Source: Chloroflexota bacterium (lineage in GTDB: Bacteria > Chloroflexota > UBA11872 > VXOZ01). From it: a stretch of DNA of 64,000 nt. The stretch is taken from assembly GCA_965220045.1 (NCBI GenBank), contig OZ244803.1:2177585-2241584 (forward strand), in the 5' to 3' direction. The first letter of the stretch is position 1, and each line of letters begins with the position of its first letter. Position numbers and translations under genes: made by a program. A model generated the notes under the pieces. It was not told the DNA's origin. It worked only from the letters and a program-made list of their open reading frames with translations, and made no database searches. Below, piece by piece: positions 53,674 through 63,436 of the stretch.

Positions 53674-54558
53674 GTGGGTCCCCCGCTAAGCTGCAGCCAT
53701 GGGCTTTGGAAAGATGCTCCGCTGGAAGCGATCGCAGAGGCATGTGCCGCTGCCGAATTCAATGGGATCGAGCAGAGAGGGGCAGCCCTGCCTTCCCTGT
53801 TGGCAAACCGGGAGCCGCTAGCGGAAAGCGATCTCGCCCTTACGGCAATCACGCTCCACGAACCGTGGTACGATCCCGGCATCACGTCATCGCACCGCCC
53901 GGCGCTGCCACAGTTGCTCGACGGCCTGGCAGCCCTTGAGCCGGAATTCTGCGTGCTCTCCGTCCCCGGCTCCAATGAACGTATGTCGACCGCCGGCTGG
54001 CCCAATGCCGTCCGCTTCGACGCCCTCACCGCCAGCGAGCACGCTACCCTCGTGGACACGGTGCAAAGCGTGGCCGATATGATCCGATCCGTCGGCGTCC
54101 GTGTGGCATTTCGTCCTCGGCTGGCTTCATTCATCGAGACTGAGGACGAGATTGAGCAGCTCCTGGAGGATACGGAGCCTGAGCTTGTAACGCTTGCGCT
54201 CGACCTCGGACACCTTGCTCTGATGGAAATTGATCCTATGGAACTAATCAAGCGCCATGGCGCGCGGATAACGTACTGCTACACGCGCGACCTCGACGAG
54301 CAACTGACGCACGAAATCCACATCGGCATGCGCAGCCTGCCGAGCGCGGCGGCCGCGGGGCTCTTTGTGCCGCCGGGTCAAGGCTTCGCGCCTATTGGCG
54401 AGCCGCTGCGCCGGCTGCTGCGCGGGAACGTCTGTGAGTGGTATACGCTTGACCTCCAACCGGACACCATCGCTCCCCGTGAGGCACTGGACATGACACT
54501 TGAATACATGCAGGAAGTCGAGACAGGAAAGGACCAATGCGACGCAGAAACATCCTAG
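53674..54558 (+). CDS. sugar phosphate isomerase/epimerase-like TIM-barrel protein
   Basis: …VTLALDLGHLALMEIDPMELIKRHGARITYCYTRD… resembles the xylose-isomerase-like TIM barrel family. GTG start 4 nt after the NYN gene stop. Weak family assignment. Confidence 0.5.
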   Translation: MGPPLSCSHGLWKDAPLEAIAEACAAAEFNGIEQRGAALPSLLANREPLAESDLALTAITLHEPWYDPGITSSHRPALPQLLDGLAALEPEFCVLSVPGSNERMSTAGWPNAVRFDALTASEHATLVDTVQSVADMIRSVGVRVAFRPRLASFIETEDEIEQLLEDTEPELVTLALDLGHLALMEIDPMELIKRHGARITYCYTRDLDEQLTHEIHIGMRSLPSAAAAGLFVPPGQGFAPIGEPLRRLLRGNVCEWYTLDLQPDTIAPREALDMTLEYMQEVETGKDQCDAETS

Positions 54559-55667
54559 TAGCGGCCGCGGCGTCTCTCGCCGCAACAGCGTGCGGCCCTT
54601 TCCGCGGCAATGACGAACCGGACATCGAGCGCACGATTCCGGAAGCGCGCGTCAATCCTTGGGGCGCCAACGCATTTCTGCACAAAGAGGTCGAATTCTG
54701 GAAAAAAGAGAAGACCTTTGAGATGGCCCGCGACGCCGGCATCAAGTGGATTAAACAGCAGTTCCCTTGGGAAGAGATCGAACAGAGCCGAAAGGGCGAG
54801 TTCTTCGACCAAACCTGGCAAAAGCCGGCATGGCAGAAGTTTGACGAAATCGTTGACCTGGCCGAAGAATTCGACCTCAAGCTCATCGTCCGCGTCGACC
54901 GTACCCCGCCGTGGGCGCGGCAACCCAACGCAGCGGCGGAAGCGCCGCCGGCGAATTTTGCCGACTTTGGCGACTTCATGGCGGTTCTCGCCGAGCGCTA
55001 CCAGGGCCGCGTCGCACACTATCAACTGTGGAACGAACCCAATCTGGCGCATGAGTGGGGCAACCCTCCCGATCCCAAGGGATACGTGGACCTACTACGC
55101 ACCGGTTATGAGCGCATAAAGGGGGTGGACCCCTCCATCAGAGTGCTCACCGCCCCGCTCGCCATTACCTTGGAACGATCCCCCCGCGCCATGGTCGAGC
55201 TTGACTTCCTCGCAGAAATGTACCAGCACGGCGCCGCGTCCTATTTCGACATCATGTCGGCAAACGCGTACGGTCTGGAGTTCCCACCAATCGCTGAGCC
55301 CGACCCCGATGTGCTCAACTTCCGCCGCGTCGAACTGCTGCGGGCAGTGATGGAGAGCAACGGCGACACCGACAAAGCAGTGTGGTTCAACGAATACGGT
55401 TGGAACGCATCGCCGCCGGACATGGCCGCTGAGAAGCTCATCTGGCGGCGCGTCAAAGAGGAAGAGCAGGCCGAGTGGACCGTGGAAGGCGTAAGGTACG
55501 GCCGCAGCCACTGGCCGTGGGCGGGCGTCTTCTGCATCTGGTATCTCCGCCAGGTAGGCGACATACCGCCCTCGTCGTCCGAATATTACTTCCGCATGGT
55601 GGACCCTGAATTCACCCCACGCCTGGTCTACAAGGAAGTGCAGGACAACGCGAAGAAGATCAAGTGA
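54537..55667 (+). CDS. glycoside hydrolase (clan GH-A, GH5-like) lipoprotein
   Basis: Lipoprotein signal MRRRNILVAAAASLAATACG. …VAHYQLWNEPNLAHEWG… (NEP acid/base motif) and …AVWFNEYGWNA… (nucleophile Glu block). Overlaps the preceding gene by 22 nt. Confidence 0.55.
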   Translation: MRRRNILVAAAASLAATACGPFRGNDEPDIERTIPEARVNPWGANAFLHKEVEFWKKEKTFEMARDAGIKWIKQQFPWEEIEQSRKGEFFDQTWQKPAWQKFDEIVDLAEEFDLKLIVRVDRTPPWARQPNAAAEAPPANFADFGDFMAVLAERYQGRVAHYQLWNEPNLAHEWGNPPDPKGYVDLLRTGYERIKGVDPSIRVLTAPLAITLERSPRAMVELDFLAEMYQHGAASYFDIMSANAYGLEFPPIAEPDPDVLNFRRVELLRAVMESNGDTDKAVWFNEYGWNASPPDMAAEKLIWRRVKEEEQAEWTVEGVRYGRSHWPWAGVFCIWYLRQVGDIPPSSSEYYFRMVDPEFTPRLVYKEVQDNAKKIK

Positions 55668-55915
55668 TCACTTCGCCGCCGGTCTCCCCATCCATTTCTT
55701 TGTCGCCTCCCATCACTACGCGCGGGCTGCCGCAAGAACCCGGTGATACATGCGGCGCGCGCCTGTGCATTTACTCTTGCTCATGCTCCCGGCACCGTTA
55801 GTTGTCAGGGCGCGGCATCCACAGCCGCTTCCGGATCGGTGCGCTATACTAGCAGAAGTAGCTAAGCAACTGCCGTATTGCATCTATTGACTGTGAAGTG
55901 TGGGAGACTGCCGCG

Positions 55916-57223
55916 ATGGATACCCAACAAAAGTACGAAGAGTACGTCGTTACCAGCCATGCGCCCGCCATGCCGCCGGTCGAAGTCTCGCATGCGCAAG
56001 GGGCTACGATCACGGCTGCGGACGGCACTGAATACCTCGATGGCTTTGCGGGCTATTCGGTGGTAAATGCCGGGCACAGCAATCCTGAGATACTTGCCGC
56101 CGCCAAAGACGCCATGGACCGCCACGTGCACGTGGGTAGTTATCTTTACTACGCCCCCGCGGTGGCCGACCTGGCGGAAAAACTGGCGGAGATCACGCCG
56201 GGCCGGCTGCAACAGTCTTTCTTCGGCAACAGCGGCGCCGAGGCCGTGGAAGGCGCGCTCCGCATCGCCAAAACCTACACCGATCGCAATGAGTTCATCT
56301 CGCTGCAGTATTCTTTCCACGGCCGTACCCTGGGCACTTTGAGCCTCGGCGGCAATGCCCGCCGCAAGCGCCGCGCCGGGCCGCTGGTGTCGGGCGCTGC
56401 CATGGCGCCGGCCCCGTACTGTTACCGGTGCCCCCTCCATCTCACCTATCCCTCCTGCAATGTGGCCTGCGCCGACGAAGTCGAGCGCGTCTTCGATACC
56501 CAGACCTCCGGCAACGTCGCGGCCATGATCGCGGAGCCGGTCATGGGAGAAGGCGGCATTATCGTGCCGCCGCCGGAATACTTTCCCAAAGTAAAGCGCA
56601 TCCTCGATCAGAACGACGCGCTCTTCATCGCCGACGAAGTGCAAACCAGCTTCGGACGCACTGGGACGATGTTCGCCAGCGAGGAAATCGGCATCGAGCC
56701 GGATATTCTCACGTCGGCAAAGGGTATTGCCAACGGTTTCCCGCTGAGCGCCTTTACCACCCGGCCGGAAATTGGCGAGTCCTTCCAGCCCGGCGATCAT
56801 TTCAGCACCTTTGGCGGCAACCTCGTTTCGGCCGCGGCAGCGCTCGCTACGATTGACTACTTGGAACGCGAAGAATTGTCGGAACACGCTCGGATCTTGG
56901 GGCAGCGCATTCTGGATGCGCTTAAGCCGTGGCGCGAATCCCATTACCTCGTCGGCGACGTGCGCGGCAAGGGCCTCATGATCGGTATCGAACTCGTCAC
57001 TGACCGCGAAGCCAAGACTCCGGCGCCGGACGAGGCAAAACGGGTGCAAGAAGAGTGCCGTAAAGCGGGCCTTCTCGTCGGCTGCGGCGGCTTCTACGGA
57101 AACGTGATTCGCTTCCAGCCGCCTCTGGTCATTTCGCCGGCGCAGGCTGAGCGCGCCCTCGATGTCCTCGACAATGCCTTGACGGCTGTGGAAGAGTCCG
57201 CGTCCGTGCTAGCGGCAACGTAG
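55916..57223 (+). CDS. class III PLP aminotransferase (acetylornithine/GABA/omega-aminotransferase family)
   Basis: Start MDTQQKYEEYV… with GGGAGA RBS. …FFGNSGAEAVEGALRIAKTYT…, …LFIADEVQTSFGRTGTMFA…, …DILTSAKGIANGFPLSA… (Lys block), …FGGNLVSAAAALATID… . Confidence 0.8.
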   Translation: MDTQQKYEEYVVTSHAPAMPPVEVSHAQGATITAADGTEYLDGFAGYSVVNAGHSNPEILAAAKDAMDRHVHVGSYLYYAPAVADLAEKLAEITPGRLQQSFFGNSGAEAVEGALRIAKTYTDRNEFISLQYSFHGRTLGTLSLGGNARRKRRAGPLVSGAAMAPAPYCYRCPLHLTYPSCNVACADEVERVFDTQTSGNVAAMIAEPVMGEGGIIVPPPEYFPKVKRILDQNDALFIADEVQTSFGRTGTMFASEEIGIEPDILTSAKGIANGFPLSAFTTRPEIGESFQPGDHFSTFGGNLVSAAAALATIDYLEREELSEHARILGQRILDALKPWRESHYLVGDVRGKGLMIGIELVTDREAKTPAPDEAKRVQEECRKAGLLVGCGGFYGNVIRFQPPLVISPAQAERALDVLDNALTAVEESASVLAAT

Positions 57224-57406
57224 GGAGCCGGCACTCCAGAGCCTAGGGCGAGCGCGGTCTCCAGAGTCGCCGCCGCCACGCACAATGGCTTGTAGCTATC
57301 CCAAGACCCGGCTCGACAAGTCGTTTCGTGCTGTGCCCCTTCGGCAAGCTCAGGACGGGCAAGGGGCAGGCGAAGCCCACTCAGCACGAACGGATGATTG
57401 GCGTTT

Positions 57407-57456
57407 CCGTTTGCCCTGAGCCTGCCTGTCCTGAGCCCCGTCGAAGGGTCGAAAGG
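57407..57456. repeat. LSLSKG-family hairpin repeat
   Basis: ccgtttgccctgagcctgcctgtcctgagccccgtcgaagggtcgaaagg. Preceded at 57374-57392 by cccactcagcacgaacgg (same as 11372-11389). Confidence 0.65.
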
Positions 57457-57629
57457 CAGGTCTGCACAGTGCAGTGTATCAATGAGATGAGTTTCGTTAC
57501 CGCACCCGATCGCCGCCCAGCGTAGACCTCTGTAGAAACCCTCCCTTCCACACAGAATGGCGTTGAACGTATAAGATGGAAGGGAAGCCTATTCAGGCGT
57601 CAAACCTGATTGGGGAGTGGAAGAGTCTA

Positions 57630-58268
57630 ATGAAGAACATCTTGCTGCTTGGCGGGGCAAACCCGGCGCACAAACCGCGAGACGTCGCCGCGTATGTCGC
57701 AGACCATCTTGAAGAGTCCGGCGACGTCAAGGTAGTCATCACTGAAGACTCCGGCATACTCGAGTCTTCTGCCGTCGACGACTACGACGCGTTTCTGCTC
57801 TATCTCAACACCAAAGATGAGCGTTGGCCGCGCGCCAGAGAATCCGCGTTGCGCGAGGCCTTAGCGCGTGGCAAAGGTCTCTTGGTGCTCCACGCGGGCG
57901 TACTGAGCTTTCGCGGCTGGGAAGAGTACACACAGCTCATCGGCGGCTGGCCTACGCCGGAGTTCTTTCATCCGCCCTACGGCCCGTTTGTCGTGCACAT
58001 TGACGACTCTTCCCACCCAATCACCGAACGCATGGTGGACTTTGCCGTGCGCGATGAACTCTACGCTAATGTGCAGTTGACGCCCCAGGCGAGACTCCTC
58101 GCCCACGCCAAGCTTGACGGAAACGTGCAGCCCCTCCTATGGGTGGTGGAACATCCCCAAACACGCGTCTGCACGCTTCTCTTGGGCCACGACAGAGCCG
58201 CCCTGCAGTATCCGGGCGCAGCCAGACTTCTCCGAAGAAGCCTTGGCTGGGTAACCGGCGAACTGTGA
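57630..58268 (+). CDS. ThuA-like (trehalose-utilisation / class-I glutamine-amidotransferase-like fold) protein
   Basis: Start MKNILLLGGANPAHKP… with GGAGTGGAAG RBS. …DAFLLYLNTKDER…GKGLLVLHAGVLSF… fits ThuA-type proteins. Assignment moderate. Confidence 0.55.
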   Translation: MKNILLLGGANPAHKPRDVAAYVADHLEESGDVKVVITEDSGILESSAVDDYDAFLLYLNTKDERWPRARESALREALARGKGLLVLHAGVLSFRGWEEYTQLIGGWPTPEFFHPPYGPFVVHIDDSSHPITERMVDFAVRDELYANVQLTPQARLLAHAKLDGNVQPLLWVVEHPQTRVCTLLLGHDRAALQYPGAARLLRRSLGWVTGEL

Positions 58269-58314
58269 TGGTGGCGAGAATGCTCCGCCCTCAGGTGAAA
58301 GTTTTGCGCTAACA

Positions 58315-60702
58315 GTGACTACCTTGGGGTACATCCTGCTGTGGTGGCTTGCACTGCAAGTCATTAGCCTCGTGACACTGCCGTTAACCTGGCTGCTCTT
58401 CCGGCACATGCCCTTGGCAGGATATCCCTTCGCCAAGACGTTCGGCCTCCTTCTCTTTGGCTTCGCCGGCTGGCTGCTGATGTCCCTGCGCATTCTGCCG
58501 AACACACTGTGGGCGCTGATCGTCGTACTCGTGCTTCTCGGCGCACTCTCAGCGGTCACTGTGCGGCACTTTGGGTGGCGACTTAAAGACCTGCGCGAAG
58601 CCGTAGGTCATCAGATCTATGTCGTGGAAGTCCTCTTCTTGGTGCTTCTCACCGGGTACGCGGTGCTGCGCCAGTACGCGCCGGAGCTCATGGGCACCGA
58701 GAAGTTCATGGACTTCATGATGCTCAACAGCATCCTTCAATCGTCGTCGCTCCCCCCGCACGATGGGTGGGCCGCCGGCCTCAGCATCAACTACTACTAC
58801 TTCGGCTACCTCATGGTGGCGTTTCTTACGCGCCTCACCGGGATTCCCTCTGGAATCACTTACAATCTGGCGCTGGCGCTCTTCTTTGCCCTGAGTGGGC
58901 TGGGGGCCTACGGGATCGGCTATTCCCTGGTCAAGCGTTACCAAGCATCGGGAGGAATTGTCGAGCCGCGGCGAGGCACGCTGACAGGTCTCTTTGCCGT
59001 GTTCTTGCTCCTCTTCATCGGCAACCTCTTTACCATCTGGAAAGCCCTGACCGAGCCTGAATTCCTGCGCCAGGGTTTCTGGTTCGGTATTGGCTGGAAC
59101 GCCACACGGGTAATACAACGCGTCGAAGGCGATACGCTGCTCGATTACACGATCAACGAATTCCCAGCCTTTAGCTTCATCCTGGGTGACATGCACCCGC
59201 ACGTCATGGCGTTGCCCTTTGCCTTGCTCGCGATCTTCACCGCGCTTGCCTGGTACGCAAAACGTGACTACCCGTCTATACCCTCGTCATTCCCGCTTGC
59301 GCGGGAATCCATCGTAACGCTGCTCACCCTCCCGCGGGTCTGTTTCGTCGTATTGAGCGCCATTATCTTTGGCGGTCTCTATTTCTTGAATTCGTGGGAC
59401 TTTCCCACGTACTTCCTGCTGCTTGCGGTGTTCGTACTGCTCTCGCTGCGCGTTCACGGCGAGTGGCACCTGTGGAAGAATGCCCTCATTTGGTTGGGGG
59501 TTACGGGCTTTCTGGCGCTATTACTCTACGCGCCGTTTCATTTGACCTTCGATCCGCCGGCCCAAGGCATCGGCCTGGTACCCTACCGCACCAATCTCGG
59601 TCAGTTCTTCACCGTGTACGGCATCTTCCTGGTGCCCTTGGGCGTGCTCCTGACGATTATCGGAATCCAGGCAGCACGACGTCACATCGTCCCGGAGACG
59701 GAGGCGCCGAGCCGTCAATCGCGGGGACGCAAAGCGCGGCAACAACGGCGGCGGGCGGGCGGAGGCGCAGACCAGCCGGCGCCGATGCAAGAAGCCAAGG
59801 AGCGCTGGGAACTCAGCCGCCCCACTGTAGTTGGCATTCTCGCGTGGGTAGCAGTAACGCTCCTCGTCGCGCGGCTCTTCGATACCGCTGCCTTGGCGAT
59901 CATCGCATTGAGTCTCGTCGCGGGAATCGCGGTCCTCCTCTGGTGGCGAGACTATCGCGACCCCCTGCCGTTGGTGTTAGGTGTCGTAGGGCTGGCGGCG
60001 TTTCTCGTCTTTGCCAGCGAGATATTTTATGTAAAGGACTTCTACGGTCCGCCGAACATGCGCATGAACACCGTCTTCAAGCTGTACTTCCAAATCTGGA
60101 CGCTCCTCGCGCCGATGATGGCATTTGGCATCTACTACGCCAGAATCTGGCTGCGTCAGAGGCAACGTCCGTTGAGTTGGCTGTTTCGTACCGTCACCAT
60201 ACTGCTCGTGCTCAGCGGCTTCTATTACAGCGCCCTGACCGCGCCCATCTTTGCGTCGTTCCAGCGCGAGCCGCCCACCCTGGACGGCACCAAGTTCTAC
60301 GCCCGCGACCATGCCGATGAGGTCGCCGCCATTGCGTGGTTGCAGGATAATGCGCCGTCGGATAGCGTGGTGGTTGAGGCGTCGGGTCAGGAGTACAGTC
60401 TCTATAGCCGTGTCGCAACCTTTACGGGCCTGCAAACGGTGCTTGGCTGGCGCCAGCACGAGAATCTCTGGCGCAATGACTTTGCGCTCGTCATGGAACG
60501 TGAAAACGACCTCCAGCAGCTTTACGTGACCGCGCCGCGAGAGGGCGCAGCAGCGCTCTTACGCAAGTACGACGCTGACTACATCTTCATTGGAGACTGG
60601 GAACGCCAATTATACGGGCAAGACGTCGATCATCTCCTTAACTGGTTCCCCGTGGTATTCCAGAGTGGCAACGTGTACGTATTGAAGGCCAATGGCAGCT
60701 AA
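58315..60702 (+). CDS. DUF2298 / Chlor_Arch_YYY-domain (TIGR03662-type) multi-pass membrane protein
   Basis: 795 aa, many TM helices. Hallmark …GWAAGLSINYYYFGYLMVAF… (YYY motif) after …FMDFMMLNSILQS… . GTG start. Contains an in-frame copy of the SFPRKRESI-type palindrome at 59284-59313 (…IPSSFPLARESIVTL…). Confidence 0.7.
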   Translation: MTTLGYILLWWLALQVISLVTLPLTWLLFRHMPLAGYPFAKTFGLLLFGFAGWLLMSLRILPNTLWALIVVLVLLGALSAVTVRHFGWRLKDLREAVGHQIYVVEVLFLVLLTGYAVLRQYAPELMGTEKFMDFMMLNSILQSSSLPPHDGWAAGLSINYYYFGYLMVAFLTRLTGIPSGITYNLALALFFALSGLGAYGIGYSLVKRYQASGGIVEPRRGTLTGLFAVFLLLFIGNLFTIWKALTEPEFLRQGFWFGIGWNATRVIQRVEGDTLLDYTINEFPAFSFILGDMHPHVMALPFALLAIFTALAWYAKRDYPSIPSSFPLARESIVTLLTLPRVCFVVLSAIIFGGLYFLNSWDFPTYFLLLAVFVLLSLRVHGEWHLWKNALIWLGVTGFLALLLYAPFHLTFDPPAQGIGLVPYRTNLGQFFTVYGIFLVPLGVLLTIIGIQAARRHIVPETEAPSRQSRGRKARQQRRRAGGGADQPAPMQEAKERWELSRPTVVGILAWVAVTLLVARLFDTAALAIIALSLVAGIAVLLWWRDYRDPLPLVLGVVGLAAFLVFASEIFYVKDFYGPPNMRMNTVFKLYFQIWTLLAPMMAFGIYYARIWLRQRQRPLSWLFRTVTILLVLSGFYYSALTAPIFASFQREPPTLDGTKFYARDHADEVAAIAWLQDNAPSDSVVVEASGQEYSLYSRVATFTGLQTVLGWRQHENLWRNDFALVMERENDLQQLYVTAPREGAAALLRKYDADYIFIGDWERQLYGQDVDHLLNWFPVVFQSGNVYVLKANGS

Positions 60703-62473
60703 GAAAGCAGCTCCACCCGCGGCGCCGTCCGGGTCGAAGCAGCCCCGCACGCGTCGGACACCGCCGTCGCCGGACGAGCCGGTGTCCGCTCATTGGCCGG
60801 CCATTTCCGCATGGATGCGCGCTGAGACGCCGTTCGGTCTCTCCCGGTGGCAACTGCTGGTATTCCTCGCGGTGATAGTGTTCACGGCGGTTACACGATT
60901 CTGGGATCTCGGGTCTCGCGCGCTGCATCACGACGAGAGCATGCATGCCCGCTTTGCCTGGGACATCTATCGCTCATTCGACTACCGGTATAACCCCTTG
61001 CTGCACGGTCCGTTCCAGTTCTATTTCACCGCCTTCATGTTCTTTCTCTTTGGTGTCAGTGACGCGGTGGCGCGCTTTGGTCCGGCATTGTTCGGCGTGC
61101 TTTCCATCCTATTGGTCTACCCGCTAAAGCCGTACCTCGGCAGGAACGGCATGGTGCTGGCGGCCATTCTCATGGCTATTTCGCCACCGCTGCTCTACTT
61201 CTCGCGGTTCGCGCGCAATGATATTTACGTGGTGGCATGGACCTTGCTCATCGTGCTGGCGCTATTCGGGTGGCTGCATACGAGACAACGCGCGTACATC
61301 TACCTGGGCGCGATTGCCGTCGCCCTCTCTTTGGCAACCAAGGAGAACACCTACATCACTTTGGCGATCGCGGGGTCGTTCATTATTCTCCGCTTCTTGC
61401 AGGAGCAATTCACCCCCGGGCTGGCGGACCGCCTGCCGAGCCATGAGTCAGTGAAGAGCGCGCTTGCCGACCTGTGGACCGACTGGCGGCTGCTCATTGC
61501 CGGCATACTCACCTTCCTCTTGGTCTTCGTGACCTTCTTTACCGCGTTCTACACGCATCCACAGGATTACGCCAGCGGCGTGATTAAAGCGCTTGAGTAT
61601 TGGCTGGCGCAGCAAGACGTCGCCCGGGGCAACCAGCCCATCTGGTACTACTTCATGCAGGTACCGCTCTATGAGCTCATCGTCGCCGTGTTTGCGCTGC
61701 CGGCGCTTTGGTATCTTGCGCGCCGAGGAAGCCTGACGGACCGCTTCCTCTGCTATTGGTTTGTTGCCGCCGTTGTGCTCTACTCCTTTGCGGGTGAGCG
61801 CATGCCCTGGCTCGTGCTGCACCTCTCACTGCCGGGCATTCTCCTGGTTGCGCGGTTTCTGGGACAGCGGTTTGCCGCGCCCGACGGCCTGCGCCGGCAC
61901 CGCATCGCATTGTCGCTCTTCATCTTGATTGGCGTCTATGCGTTGCACACCGGTCTGCCGCTGTCGTACGCCCACGGCGACACGCCGCGCGACCTCTTGG
62001 TTTACGTGCAGACGACGCCAGACGTGCCGTACGTGGTAGCGCAGATCGAGCAGATTTCACGCAGGCTCACGACCGGCACGGAGATTGTCGGCATCATCGA
62101 CAACGAAGATTCCTGGCCGTTCGCGTGGTATCTCCGCGACTACACCAAGGTGGGCTACATATCCAAGATAGGCGATCCGGGCGAGGCTGCCTTTGTGATT
62201 GTCACTGCGAGCGAGGTTGATAGTGCCCGCGAGCATCTGAGTAACTACGTGCCGTTTCGCTACAAACTGCGCTGGTGGTTCCCTGAACACCTATACCGCG
62301 AACTGAAGCCGACCTTTTGGCTGGAATTCATTACGAATCCCACGACACGGAGCAATTTCACGGCGTGGCTGGTGAGCCGCAAGATGCCCAGACCCGTCGA
62401 CGCGCCGGATTTCCGCTTCGGCTCGCAGGACTTCTACTTCTTTGTACGCGGTGACCTCGTACACCTGCTCTAG
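60692..62473 (+). CDS. TIGR03663-type / GT39 (ArnT/PMT-like) membrane glycosyltransferase-family protein
   Basis: 593 aa multi-TM protein. …ALHHDESMHARFAW…, …NDIYVVAWTLLIVL… resemble the ArnT/PMT_2 N-terminal blocks. Overlaps the upstream YYY gene by 11 nt (operon). The DUF2298+TIGR03663 pairing is a known Chloroflexi/archaeal arrangement (from memory). Confidence 0.6.
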   Translation: MAAKKAAPPAAPSGSKQPRTRRTPPSPDEPVSAHWPAISAWMRAETPFGLSRWQLLVFLAVIVFTAVTRFWDLGSRALHHDESMHARFAWDIYRSFDYRYNPLLHGPFQFYFTAFMFFLFGVSDAVARFGPALFGVLSILLVYPLKPYLGRNGMVLAAILMAISPPLLYFSRFARNDIYVVAWTLLIVLALFGWLHTRQRAYIYLGAIAVALSLATKENTYITLAIAGSFIILRFLQEQFTPGLADRLPSHESVKSALADLWTDWRLLIAGILTFLLVFVTFFTAFYTHPQDYASGVIKALEYWLAQQDVARGNQPIWYYFMQVPLYELIVAVFALPALWYLARRGSLTDRFLCYWFVAAVVLYSFAGERMPWLVLHLSLPGILLVARFLGQRFAAPDGLRRHRIALSLFILIGVYALHTGLPLSYAHGDTPRDLLVYVQTTPDVPYVVAQIEQISRRLTTGTEIVGIIDNEDSWPFAWYLRDYTKVGYISKIGDPGEAAFVIVTASEVDSAREHLSNYVPFRYKLRWWFPEHLYRELKPTFWLEFITNPTTRSNFTAWLVSRKMPRPVDAPDFRFGSQDFYFFVRGDLVHLL

Positions 62474-62478
62474 TTGCT

Positions 62479-62717
62479 TCCGGTAGCGCAGGTTTGTAAC
62501 CTGCGCTCTAGTGGCCGCGTAAGAGAAGACACAGGACTATGACATGACCACAAAGGCATGGGACTCGCACAAAGTTGTGTTGACTTTTCAAGAACCAACT
62601 CGTCATTGCCTTGCAATAGATTGCCACCAGGCCCGTCATTCCCGCGAAAGCGGGAATCCATCCCCAGTGCCCTAACGCGCGCTGTCTCAAGCGGGGGACA
62701 AGACCCCGCGCTACACA
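62479..62717. repeat. Repeat-dense 3' intergenic region: GCGCAGGTTTGTAACCTGCGC hairpin (62485-62506), SFPRKRESI-type palindrome (62634-62663), GCGGGGGACAAGACCCCGCGCTACA hairpin (62691-62717)
   Basis: Each element matches copies in the 28930-29400 and 31090-31320 regions. Confidence 0.7.
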
Positions 62718-62865
62718 TTAGATTCCGCGTCTGCGACGTAGTCAGCGAACCCTGCGCGACGCTGCGCTCGGAATGACATGAAATTTCATCACTGCCTAGT
62801 CTCAGTGCAGCAGAGACTGCCCCTTTCAGGCTGCGGGATCGCGCCGAGACGAGTTCGCTCCCTCC

Positions 62866-63432
62866 CTACGACTCCGTCCCCTGGCCGGCCCTCGTCGTAA
62901 AGCGCCACCCGAAGGACAACGCCGCCGCAGTGCCGAGCATCAGCATGCCCAATACCGCGCCAACAATGGGCACGAGAATAGCAAGCAACCCACCGACGAG
63001 GGCGGCGCTATCCAGCATGAGACTAGCCATGAGGTATCCCATGCCCGACATTCTGCCGGCGAGCTGGCGCCGCATGGCGACGCGAGAAACGTGACTGCAG
63101 AGCGCGATGACTACCGCAACCGCCAGCCACAGCCACACGCTGGCAGCGGCAGTGCCGAGCAGACTGAGCACGATTACGACCGCACAGAGCGGACGCGTAA
63201 TTGCGCTCACCACCGCCTCGTGACGCCCCCAACGGGGGTGCTTGTCGGCAAATACCTGTGCACCCGCAAGCACGAAGAGCACGCCAATCGTCACGGTATG
63301 GGACAGGAATGTGAAGGGAGATTGCAACGAGAGTGCCACGTCTTCGGAGCGGGCCAGCACTGCCAAGAGAAACAGCGCGGCATACGGGTTCTGCCCGGCG
63401 GCAAATGTGAGTCCGAGTGCGGTCCAGGGCAT
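62866..63432 (-). CDS. DUF4126-family membrane protein
   Basis: 188 aa, ~5 hydrophobic helices (…NPYAALFLLAVLA…, …VTIGVLFVLAGAQ…, …LLAILVPIVGAVLGMLMLGTAA…). 4 nt downstream of coaE (operon). Confidence 0.5.
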   Translation of the reverse strand: MPWTALGLTFAAGQNPYAALFLLAVLARSEDVALSLQSPFTFLSHTVTIGVLFVLAGAQVFADKHPRWGRHEAVVSAITRPLCAVVIVLSLLGTAAASVWLWLAVAVVIALCSHVSRVAMRRQLAGRMSGMGYLMASLMLDSAALVGGLLAILVPIVGAVLGMLMLGTAAALSFGWRFTTRAGQGTES

Positions 63433-63436
63433 ATTT

